Source: the human T2T-CHM13v2.0 reference genome, Homo sapiens
Assembly: GCF_009914755.1 (NCBI RefSeq)
Contig: NC_060936.1
DNA length: 64,000 nucleotides
Direction: 5' to 3' (one strand)
In this document: one piece after another, positions 21,791-32,428 of the stretch
How the letters are laid out: the number at the start of each line of letters is the position of its first letter
Numbering within the stretch: position 1 is the stretch's first letter
The notes under the pieces: model-generated
What the model saw: only the letters and a program-made list of their open reading frames with translations
Database searches by the model: none
What the model was told of the DNA's origin: nothing
Made by a program: the position numbers and the translations under genes

Positions 21791-22686
21791 TCTAATGAGA
21801 TGGATGCCACTGCCTTGCTCCATTTCTCACCTCTAGGCAATGCATCACTATAGGGCACCAGTGAAATGGTGAGGAACTCATGTCGTCAAACAACAGAGAT
21901 GAGCACAGAGCTACTGGTGCCCAAACATAAAAAACCCCTGGCCTGATGTCTTTCTGCTTCTGCCAGCCCAAGAAATTCACAGGGACTCCCTCCAGGGTGT
22001 TCTGCTCCTTGTTCTAAGTGCAGTTGTATATGGAGATTCTGTGCTCTAGTCCTTAAGAAAAATGGAATATATTTCTTTCTTGTCTCTTACCTGGCAGGGA
22101 AGCAGCTGCTGTTTTTTCCAACATCTTGCCTATCAGTATAAGCAGCTCTGCCTGTACTATAATGAGGCAGGCTGTGTGTGTGTGTGGCCCATAGAGGATC
22201 AGCTCCTGGCATAAGAAAGCCACTTGATCCTACACTGGGGCATAGCAAGGGTGTGAGTCATCTAGGCTGTACACTTTACCCCTATGTCCTGACCCCTAGG
22301 CTTTTCAAAGAAAGGTGGTTAGCATTTCAAGATAGGTAAGAGTGTGGGACAACTACTTCCAGGAAAAAAGCTCAGGGGTAGCAGGCACCTTTGTGGTCCA
22401 GGCTCTGATCCAGCAGATCCAACTGCCCACTAGACATAAAGCCTCTCCTGTGTATAAAGACTTCGATGATGGGCAACCTGCCTAGGTAACTAGTGACTCT
22501 CAAGACTACTTCTAGTGACCTGAAAATGTGGGAAGCATTCCAAAGGAGTGCTGCTTCACCCATTTGCTCCTTGTGTCACAGCTTCTCCCTGGAAGATAAG
22601 AGCTTTCTATCATATTTTTCACTTCATCTAGGCCATCTATCACCAGCATTGCCCATGCCCCCTGCTGCCCTTCTGATCCTCTGTAC

Positions 22687-24700
22687 CTTCCTTTGGAAGT
22701 AAAGCAGCCTTGAGAAGAGTTTTTATTAAAGAGGCATTAATGATGGAGGACCTTTGCGTAGCGAGGAAACCTTTCTGCCTATGTAACAGCATGGTGGTGC
22801 AGGATATGGAAGGCATATTTAGAGTCAGTATAAATATTGATGCGTAGTCCCTTTGCAAGAGTGAGAGCTCAAGTTAAGACAATGAGTTCAGCTTGCTGAG
22901 AGGTAGTGGAGCGGGGAAGATCAGTAGCCTCAATGATAGATGTGGAAGATAGTATAGCATAGCCTGCCTTTGCTGGTGAGTGGCGATTAGGCCTGGTGGA
23001 ACTGCCATCAGTAAACCAAGTGTGATCAGGGTGAGGAACAGGAAAGAAGGAAACATGGGCAAATGGAGTGAATATCGGGTGGATCAAAGAGAGACAGTCA
23101 TGGGGGTCAGGTGTGGTATCCAGAATAATGTGGGAGGCCGGATGGAAGTCTGGGCCAGGAACAATGGTAATTGTGGGATACTCAACAAAGAGTGAGTATA
23201 GCTGAAGGAGCCAGGGAGCAGAAAGTATATGCATCAGGTGTAAGGAAGAAAATAGATTTTAGAAGTTATGAGAGCTGTAGAGAGTGAGTTGAGCATAGTT
23301 TGTGATTTTGAGGGCCTCTAAAAGTATTAGGGCAGCGGCAGCCGCTGCACAGAGGCATGATGGCTAGGCTAAAACAGTAAGGTCAAGTCATTTGGATAAA
23401 AAGGCTACAGGGCGCGGTCCTGGCTTATGTAAGAACTCCGACTGCACGGCCCTGCACTTTGGCTGTGTGTAATGAAAAGGGTTGGGATGAGTTAGGGAGA
23501 GCTAGTGTGGGGGCAGCTTCTAGGGCTGTCTTTAAGGAACAGAAAGGAGCGGCGAAAGGATTTAGGATCTGTGGGGTCAGCTAGGTTTGCTTTTGTGAGT
23601 TTATATAATGGTTTAGTCAGGATGGTAAAACTAGGTATCCAAAGGTGGAAGTACCTAACCATGCCTAGGAAGGAAAGGAGTTGTTGTTTTGTAGAAGGGA
23701 TTGGGGTTTAGGAGATTTGCCAGACACGATCAGCAGAACACGTGTGTTTTCATGAAGAATTATGTTGAGATAGGTAATGGATAAGGAAGAAATTTGGGCC
23801 TGACTGAAGTAATGGGGGCTGTCCGTGAAGCCTTGTGGCAGTACAGCCCAGGTAATTTGCTGAGCCTGATGGGTGTCAGGGTCAGTCCAAGTGAAAGTGA
23901 AGTGAGGCTGGGATGAAGGGTGCAAAGGAATAGTAAAGAAAGCATGTTTGAGATCCACTACAGAATAATGGGTTATGGAGGGGTTGTGGAGGGAGGTATT
24001 GAGGTTAGGAGAGTATATGCCTTTGGCACCACGGGGTGGATAAGCAAGACAATTTGGTTGATAAGGCGCAGATCCTGAACTAACCTGTAAGGCTTATCTG
24101 GTTTTTGGATAGGTAAAATGGGGGAATTGTAAGGAGAGTTTATAGGTTTTAAAAGGCCATGCTGTAACAGGTGAGTGATAACAGGCTTTAATCCTTTTAA
24201 AGTGTGCTGCGGGATGGGATATTGGCATTGAGTGGGGTAAAGGTGATTAGGTTTTAATGGGAGGGTAAGGGGTGCATGATCAGTCGCCAAGGAGGGAGTA
24301 GAGGCATCCTATACCTGTGGTTTAAGGTGAGGAGATACAAGGAGAGGATATGAAGGAGACTTTGAACTGGGAAAAAAGGCAGCAATGAGGTGTGGCTGTA
24401 GCCCAGGAACAGTCAGGGAAGCAGATAATTTAGTTAAAATGCCTTGACCTAACAAGGGAACTGGACAGGTGGGGATAACTAAAAAGGAGTGCTTAAAAGA
24501 GTATTGTCCAAGTTGTCACGAGAGTTGGGGAGTTTTAAGGGGTCTAGAAGCCTGGCTGTCAATACCCACAACAGTTATGGAGACAAGGGAAGCTGGCCTT
24601 TGAAAAGAAGGTAATGTGGAGTGGGTAGCCTCCGTATTGATTAAGAAGGGGACGGACTTACCCTCCACTGTAAGAGTTACCTAAAGCGTCTGTGATGGTC
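22687..24700 (-). pseudogene. HERV-H pro/pol remnant (internally deleted RT, RNase H)
   Basis: ORFs 23973..24290 (SPYNSPILP...YRLVQDLR), 23665..23958 and 22869..23234. Confidence 0.85.
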
Positions 24701-24729
24701 CAGGAGGCTTCCGAGGCGACTGGGCAGCG

Positions 24730-26329
24730 TCAGTCTTCAGCCGCTAAGCTGAGAAGATCTGGGAAGGAGTCAGTCAGAGAGCCTTGGGCCAGAGTTCCAG
24801 GGGATCTGGGAGTGGCTGCCAGGTGAGTTGGACAGTCCGATTTCCAGTGGGGTCCCGCACAGATGGGACATGGCTTAGGAGGAATCCCGGGCTGCAGGCA
24901 TTGGTTGGCCCAAGTGGCCAGATTTCCGACACTTGAAGCAAGATCTTGGGGGAGGCGGTCCTGGAGGAACACCTGGCCGCTGGGGTTCAGGCATTGTGAA
25001 GTTCTTGTGTGCTGGAGATGTGGCTGGGGTTTCTCTCACAGTGGAGGCAAGTAATTGCAACTCAGAAATACGTTGCCTCTACTCTATTATTGTACACCTT
25101 GAAGGCAAGGTTAATTGAGTCCTTTTGTGGGGTTTGAGGACCGGAATCTAATTTTTGAAGATTTTTCTAATGTCAGGAGCTGACTGGGTGGTAAAATGCT
25201 TATTAGGAATAAGGTGGCCTTCTGGCCCCTCTGGGTCTAGGGTGGTAAAGCGTCTAAGGGTTGCTGCTAAGCCGGCCATGAACTGGGCTGGGTTCTTTAC
25301 CTCGGGTAGTTTCTTTAAGTTTGTCATAATTAACAGCTTTGTAAGCTGCCTTTTTAAGCCCTTCAACTTGGCAGGAAACCATGTAGTCTCGCCTAGCTAT
25401 ATCTGGGGAATCGGCCGGATAGTTCCATTGGGGATCGCCTCAGGGAACTGCTCTAATGCCTTCCTGGAGGTGTGGTTCATGAAGCCAGCAGTTATCAGCA
25501 TGCGATTGGGCTAGAGAAAAAACTTTCCCATTCATCTGGGGAGAGGGTAGAAGTTAGGATGACATTTAGGTCACTCCAGATTAAATTGTAGGACAGAGCT
25601 CGATGTCGGAATTCCTGTATATATTTAGTGGGGTCTGATGAGAAAGAGCCTAAACGCTGGCTGATTCGGGAAAGGTCTGATAGAGAAAAAGGCACATGTA
25701 CCCTGACTATGCCTTCAGCTCCAGCCACCTCTCTAAGAGGAAATTTTTGGGCAGGAGGGGGAGAGCTAGTCCTAGGACGAAACTGTAAACCGGACCGGGT
25801 GTGGGGAGGGGAGGTAATAGAAGGGTTATAGGGTTGGGGAGCGAAGGCTGAAGAAGAGTTGGAGCCTGATTCAGCCTGGCGGGGAGCGACCTGAGGAGGA
25901 GCAGTCTGGGGAGGAGGTGAGAGGTCAGATGGTTCAGTAGAAAAGGAAGATTCAGAAGACTCAGCAACGCTTGGGGTTGGGACTGAAGGGACAGGCCAGA
26001 GGGAAAGAAGGAGGATTTGGGACGAGTTGCATTGGGAACACAGACTAGGGAGGGAACAAAGTGTGAAAAATGCCTGGATGTAAGGCACCTCAGACCATTT
26101 GCCCATTTTTTCAACAAAAATTATCTAGGTCTCGTAGGATGGAGAAATCAAAAGTGCCGTTTTCTGGCCATTTAGAACCATTGTCGAGTTTGTATTGGTG
26201 CAAAGTGGTGTTGCAGAAGAAAATGAGATGCCTAGATTTTAGGTCAGGTGAGAGTTGAAGAGGTTTTAAGTTCTTGAGAACACAGGCTAAGGCAGAAGAA
26301 GGAGGAATGGAGGGTGGAAGGTTGCCCAT
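24730..26329 (-). pseudogene. HERV-H gag remnant (stops and frameshifts)
   Basis: Fragmented across ORFs 26111..26512, 25495..26106, 25148..25366, 24875..25060 and 24730..24972. Confidence 0.85.
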
Positions 26330-26570
26330 AGTAAAGGAGGCAAGTTTAAAGAGAAGAGTAGAGTCATGGAGAAGGGGGATGGGGAGCAGCTCTGGGCTGC
26401 AATGTGGGTGAGCAGCCAAAGCAGGCATCCCTGCAATTGACTTGCCACCAAGGGAACACGGGTGAATGATCAAGGCAGGCGTCCCTGTGGAGATCAGACA
26501 CCAATGGAACATGGGTGAATAATCAGAGAGGCATCCCCACGATAATTAAACACCAAGGGAAGGCTGCTGA

Positions 26571-26588
26571 CCCGGGTCTTCGGCACCA
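26571..26588 (-). other. Retroviral primer-binding site (tRNA-Phe-like)
   Basis: TGGTGCCGAAGACCCGGG lies 2 nt after the LTR end. Confidence 0.75.
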
Positions 26589-26590
26589 AA

Positions 26591-27019
26591 TGTTTCACGT
26601 GTCCATGTGAAGAGATCACCAAACAGGCTTTGTGTGAGCAACGAGGCTGTTTATTTCACCTAGGTGCAGGTGGGCTGAGTCCGAAAAAGGAGTCTGCAAA
26701 GGGTGGTGGATTATCATTAGTTCTTATAGGTTTTAGGATAGGCGGTGGAGTTAAGAGCAATGTTTTGAGGGAAGGGGGTGGATCTCACAAAGTACGTTCT
26801 CAAGGATGGGGAGAATTACAAAGAACCTTCTTAAAGGTGGGGGAGATTACAAAGTACATTGATCAGTTAAGGTGGGGCAGAAACAAATCACAATGGTGGA
26901 ATGTCGTCAGTTAAGGCTATTTTCACTTTTGTAGATCTTCAGTTGCTTCAGGCCATCTGGATGTATACGTGCAGGTCACTGGGGATATGATGGCTTAGCT
27001 TGGGCTCAGAGGCCTGACA
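26591..27019 (-). mobile_element. HERV-H 5' LTR (LTR7B-like, type II U3 repeats)
   Basis: Starts TGTCAGGCCTCTGAGCCCAAGCTAAGCC and ends GTGAAACA; TATA-like CCTATAAGAA at 26721-26730; AATAAA at 26650-26655; U3 repeats TACTTTGTAATCTCCCCCACC. Confidence 0.88.
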
Positions 27020-27145
27020 GCCTGACCATCTTGGGCACATGTTCTCAGGATCTCCTGAGGGCTGTATCACAGGCCATTGGTCACTCATATTTGGCTCAGA
27101 ATAAATATCTTCAAATATTTTACAAATTTTGACACTTTTTGTCAT
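27020..27145 (+). mobile_element. 3' end of a MER4-family LTR, interrupted by HERV-H
   Basis: gaccatcttgggcacatgttctcaggatctcctgaggg...AATAAA...tttgtca; inverted homologue of about 29019-29150. Confidence 0.7.
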
Positions 27146-27436
27146 ATTTATATGACACATTTTATTTATCCATTCTTTAGTTGATGGACTTTGGGCTCTT
27201 TCCACATTTTGCCAACATTGTGAATAATGTTGCTATGAACATTGGTATACAGATTTTGTGTGTACATATGTTTTCATTTTTCGTAGGTATATACCTAGGA
27301 GTGGAATTGCTAATTAATATGATGACTCTATGTTTAACATTTGAGGAACTGCCAAATTTCCACTGCAGCTGCACCACTTTACATTCCTACCAGCAATGCA
27401 GAAGGGTTCCAATTTGTTCACATCCGCTGTAATACT

Positions 27437-27657
27437 TTTCTTTCTTTTTCCTTTCCCCCCTTCCCTCCCTTCCTTCCTTTCTTCCTCTCTCTCTCCCTCA
27501 CTCCCTGCCTCCTTCCTTTCTTCCTCTCCCTCTCTCCTTCCCTCCTTCCTTCTTTTCTCCTTCCTTCCTTCCTTCCCTCCCCCTCTCCCTCCTTTCTCTC
27601 TCTCCACCCCTCCCTACCTCCTTCCTTCCATCTTCCTTCCTTTCTTTTTTTCTTTTT
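27437..27657. repeat. CT-rich polypyrimidine low-complexity tract
   Basis: About 220 nt of almost pure C/T. Similar shorter tracts at 20640-20737 and 21130-21228. Confidence 0.9.
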
Positions 27658-27841
27658 TGATAATAGCCATCCTAATGGATATGAAGTAGTATTTTCACTT
27701 CAAATGAAGTAGTTTTGATTTGCATTGCCCTAATGGCTATTGATGTTGAGCATCTTTTCTTGTACTTTTTAGCCATTATATATCATTTTTAGAGAACTGT
27801 CTATTCAAGCCTTTGCTCATTTTTAAATTTTTTATGTTTGA

Positions 27842-27949
<108 letters not shown>

Positions 27950-29018
27950 TAGCTGGGACTACAGGCATGTGCCACCACACCTGGCTAATTTTTTGTATTT
28001 TTGTAGAGACGGGGTTTCACCATGTTGCCCAGTCTGGTCTTAAATTCCGGAGCTCAAACAATCCACCTGCCTTGGCCTCCCAAAGTGCTGGGATTACAGG
28101 TGTGAGCCATTGTGCCTGGCCAGTTTTCCCTACTTATTAACATCTTGCATTAGTGTGGTACACTTGTGATAATTGATAACCCAATATTTATACATTATTA
28201 TTAGCTAAGTTCCATAGTTTACATTAGGGTTTACTCTTTGGATTGTATAGTTCTATGAATTTGACAAATGCATAATGTCATGACAAATGTATGTCATGTA
28301 TCTGTTATAGCATCATACCGAATCATTTTAGTGCCCCTAAAATCCCCTGTGCTCCACCTATTAATCTCTCCTTCTCTATCCCAAGCCCCAGTAACAACTG
28401 ATATTTTTATTGTCTCCGTAGTTTTACCTTTTCCAGACTGTCATACAGTTGGAATCATACAGTATGCAGCCTTTTCACACTGGCCCGTTTCACTATGTCT
28501 TTTCCTGGCTTGATAATTTTTTATTGATGGAAAATATTCCATTGTATAGCTGTATCACAGTTTGTTTATTCACCTTTTGAGGGACATCTTGGTTGCCTCC
28601 AGCTTTTGGCAATTATGAATAAAGCTTTTATAAACATTCATGTGCAGGTTTTTTGTGCAGACATAATTTTCAGCTCATTCAGCTAAATACTTAGGAGTGC
28701 TATTGCTGGATCATGTGGTAAGACAATATTTAGCTTTGTAAAAAACTGTCAAACTGTCTTCTACAGTGACTGTACCATTGTGCATTCCCACCAGCAATTA
28801 ATGAGAGTTCCAGTGGTTCCACATTCTCATTAGCATTTGGATTTTTGAATTTTAATCATTTAATCATTCTAATAGGTGTGTAGTGGTGTCTCACTGTTTT
28901 AATTTGCAGTTCGCTAATGACATATGATGTTGACATCTTTTCATGTTTATTTGCCACCTGTATATCTTCTTTGGTCAACTCTTTTGCCCATTTTTAAATT
29001 GAGGTATTTTCTTTTTAT

Positions 29019-29620
29019 TGTCACTGAAAAGAGTCAAACTGTAAAACATTTGAAGAGATTTATCCTGAGCCAAATACGAGTGACCAATAGCTCCCCCATG
29101 ACACAGCCCTCAGGAGATCCTGAGAACATGTGTTCAAGATGGTCGGGCCACAAGTTGGTTTTATAAATTTTAGGGAGATATAAGGTATCAATGAATATAT
29201 GTAAGATGTACATTCATTTAGTCCAGAAAGGCGGGATAACTGGAAGCAGGGAGGGGGGAGCGGGGCTTCCAGGTCATAGGTAGATTCAAAGATTTTCTGA
29301 TTGGAAATTGGTGAAAAGAGTTAAGTTATTGTCCAAAGACTTAATAGAAAAGCAATCTGTGAGGACCAAGGTTTTATCAGGTGGACAAAGCTTCCAGGTA
29401 GCAGGTTTCAGAGAATAGATTGTAAATGTTTCTTATCAGACTTAAAGAGTCTGTTCTATCAGTAATTCCAAAAGGGAGGAGCATATAATGAAGTGTGTCT
29501 GGCTTCCCCTTTCCATCAACGTCTGAACTAGTTTTTCAGATTAACTTTGGAATACCCTTGACTGAGAGGAGGGGTCTATTCAGATGGTTGAGGGGCTTAT
29601 AATTTTATTTTTGGTTTACA
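29019..29620 (-). mobile_element. MER4-family solo LTR
   Basis: Minus strand starts TGTAAACCAAAAATAAAATT and ends in CA; near-matching 4-bp flanks ttat/ttct. Confidence 0.75.
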
Positions 29621-29824
29621 TTCTTAATGAGTTGCAAATGAGTTCTTTATTTATTCTGGATGCCAGCCCCTTATCAGATACATGATTTGCAAATATTTTC
29701 TCCCATTCTGTGGGTTGTCTTTCCACTTTCTTGATGGTATAATTTGGAGAACAAATGCTTTTATTTTGTGTAGTCAAATGGGGTTTTATCTCCTAGTCAC
29801 TTGCATTTGTATTGTTTGTGCCAG

Positions 29825-29920
29825 AATGTGCAGAGGTAGAGATAAAAGTAAGCAAGAGGAAGAGGGCAGTGGTAAAAGCAAGAGGAGACCCGACTGTGGA
29901 GACAATGAAGCAAAGGGAAG
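29825..29920 (+). CDS. PFKM: PFKM in-frame 96-nt cassette exon of the N-terminal extension
   Basis: ttgtttgtgccAG acceptor and GAAG|GTGAGA donor; phase 1-1, no stop; encodes ECAEVEIKVSKRKRAVVKARGDPTVETMKQRE; would give an 883-aa isoform. Confidence 0.65.
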
Positions 29921-30529
29921 GTGAGACTTGAGTAATGGATGCACCTCTTGCTCTGGGAGCATCTGACCCTTTTTCCAGAGTGGATCCTGTTTGCTGTGAA
30001 GCCCAATTTATATGTTTGCTTCACTGCCAGAATCCCGCCCCCATCCCTCCCCACTGCAGGCTTGAGAAGTGGCCTCACAGACACGCCCTTCCCTCTTGAC
30101 ACTTTCATTCCAAATAGCTAGCTTTTCTGTACTTTCTCTGAGAAAGGTAATGTAAATGTAAAAGAAGTTTTTGAGGCTATTCTATAGAAGATGTCATAAT
30201 TCAATGTTCCTCAAAGGCAGGGACTATATTTATTTTTTTAAACCTCTCGGCACCTAATGCAAAATCTAGCACACAGACTCCCAAGAAATGTTTGCTTAAA
30301 GACGGATAGAGGGCCACAGGGGCAGGTTTTATTAGCAGTTGCTGAAGATGTTGGAATGCAAGGTGTCTCAGGCAGTCTGGACTAGGAAAAAGTTCTGTGT
30401 TGAAAACAAGAGAAGCAACGAAATAATTTATTATTCCCATTAAATAAAGATGCTGATGGCTCTCGAGATAGATATGAGGACCCCAGGACTCTGGGGAGTG
30501 AAGGAACTAAGCCGCTGCCATATCTGAGC

Positions 30530-30748
30530 TGAGTACTTAGGGGGAGGAGGAAGAGGAGGAGAAAGGCAAGCAGGAGGAGGCGGAGCCTTCTTGTCAGCAT
30601 CTGTTAGTGGAGGTTGGGAAGCCTCTCCTCCTTCCCCCTCCCTCTTTGCCTCCACCTGGCTCCTCCCCATGTTCGTCCATCACCCCTCCCCCCTTTCCCA
30701 AGGACAATCTGCAAGAAAGCAGCGGCGGAGGAGAGCTAAGACTAAAAG
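30530..30748 (+). promoter_or_regulatory. PFKM: PFKM ubiquitous promoter and non-coding first exon (GC-AG intron donor at 30749)
   Basis: GA-rich region with Sp1-like GAGGCGGAG; exon ends GACTAAAAG|GCAAGA, matching the recalled mRNA junction ...ACTAAAAG-AGTGGATCATG. Confidence 0.75.
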
Positions 30749-31861
30749 GCAAGAGGGGCCATTGAGTGAAGAGCAAGGGGGAGAGCTGGGAGTGAGGTGG
30801 GAAGGTATGGGCCGGGAGCAGGCGGTAGGGAGAACTGAAAGGAGCAGAAAGGAAAAGAAGAGATACGGCATCCTAAGCTGGAGCCGAGAGGGGGATGGGC
30901 AGGGCAGTCGTGAAGGATCCTAGCCCCTTGGCCAGTCCCCTCCGCTTGCAGGCTCAGCTGCATTCCCCAGGAATCTGGGATGGGTGGGTGGGGCTCGGAC
31001 GGGTTGCCCTTGGCTGCCTGACCCTACCCTGGCACTCACCCAATTCAAATCAGTGCTCCTATGATGCTGCTTTTCTGTTCCTCCCTGCCGCGTGCTTATA
31101 TACGCACGTGATTTTAGAGATATGTTTTAATATCTGTCTGTTTTTGTCTACGTGCGTGTCATTGTGGGTCTGTAAGGGATGCTTATACATGAGTCTGCAT
31201 GAATTTCTGTGTCCTGTGCCTCTATAACTGTCTTAGAGATTTCAGGAGAAGAATATGAGCGGTTTTTACAGGTCAGCACTCTTAAACTCCTCTTGTTATG
31301 GCGAATTTTCTCCCTCACTGACGCTTCCAGGGGTGGAAGAGCTCTGTGTGGGATTCTGCCCCCGTCATGAGCTCCAAGAGTGAATGAGAAGAAAAAACGG
31401 GAGGAAAGGGATCAGCATACCCAGATGTCTTGTTTTTTCCTTTCCACCTTTTTGCCTTCCTATTTGCCCTAGTCACTTAATCTTTCTTTTTGGAAAACAG
31501 CAGAAATTTGGACATGAACATTCCAGTTAAATAAGAGCGTCTCTAGTCACGCGTGTCTCTATGTTCCTTTCACTGTTTGTCACTATATGATTTCTCAAGT
31601 CCAAGTTAAAAGTGTGTTTTAAAGTAGAATATGGAGGTATATCTGTATCTAAGCCGATTTTACATTTTTCATATATTTGTATTTCATGTAGTTCATCAGT
31701 TCATTAACGTTTTCAACAAGTATTTATTGGGGTCCTGTAATGTGCATAGACTTTGCAAGTCTTTAGTGAGCTGTGGGAGAGTTTTTAAAAATGATCATGA
31801 TCCCTGCCCTGGAGGAGTTCTCAGTCTAGTTAGGAAAAATGACTTTAGCAGCCATCCAGTC

Positions 31862-32157
31862 CAGTGGTTGGCAAACTTCGTCTGTAAAAGACCAGATAGT
31901 AAATATTTTAAACTGCAGGCTTATGAGTCTCTGTCACAATATCCATTCTGCTGTTGTAGCACAAAAACATCCATGATAATACGTGAATGAACGAAGGTAG
32001 TGCACATACTGAAATTTGAACTTAACATTTTTCACATGTCATGAAGTACTTTTTGCAACCACTAAAAAATATAAAAACCTTTCACAGCTTACTGCCATAC
32101 AAAAATGTGAGAAGGGCTGGATTTGGCCTACAGGCTGTTGTATGCTGACCCCTGATC
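31862..32157. mobile_element. MER58-like hAT-Charlie element
   Basis: Starts cagtggttggcaaact...gaccagatagtaaatattt and ends tgctgacccctg. Confidence 0.7.
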
Positions 32158-32210
32158 TAGTCCAACCCTCTTATCAGTGCGTACGAAACTATTAAAATGC
32201 CACATAAAGC

Positions 32211-32428
32211 AGGCCGAGCATGGTGGTTTATGCCTGTTATCCCAGCACTTTGGGAGGCAAGGTGGGCGGATCACCTGAAGTCAGGAGTTCAAGACCAGCT
32301 TGACCGACATGGTGAAAACCCGTCTCAATTAAAAATACAAAAATTAGCCGGGTGTGGTGGTGCATGTCTGTAATCCCAGCTACTCGGGAGGCTGAGGCAG
32401 GAGAATCACTTGAACCTGGGAGGCAGTG
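32211..32428 (+). mobile_element. Alu, 3'-truncated
   Basis: Alu consensus stops at ggaggcag with no tail. Confidence 0.85.

Larger units (their letters stand above)
22687..27019 (-). mobile_element. HERV-H provirus, 3'-truncated (5' LTR, leader, gag, pro, partial pol; no integrase, env or 3' LTR)
   Basis: LTR7-type LTR; gag MGNLPPSIPPSS and zinc knuckles CFKCRKSGH and CPICAGPHWKSDC; RT motifs DLKHAFF and LPQGFTDSP; RNase H WFTDGSS; retroviral similarity stops abruptly near 22687. Confidence 0.93.

Noticed and set aside
24730-26512. HERV-H gag as an intact or domesticated gene
   Set aside because: Broken into at least five fragments by stops and frameshifts.
27314-27712. ORFs rich in E/G/R/K or F/L/P/S
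   Set aside because: Translations of the CT-rich low-complexity tract.
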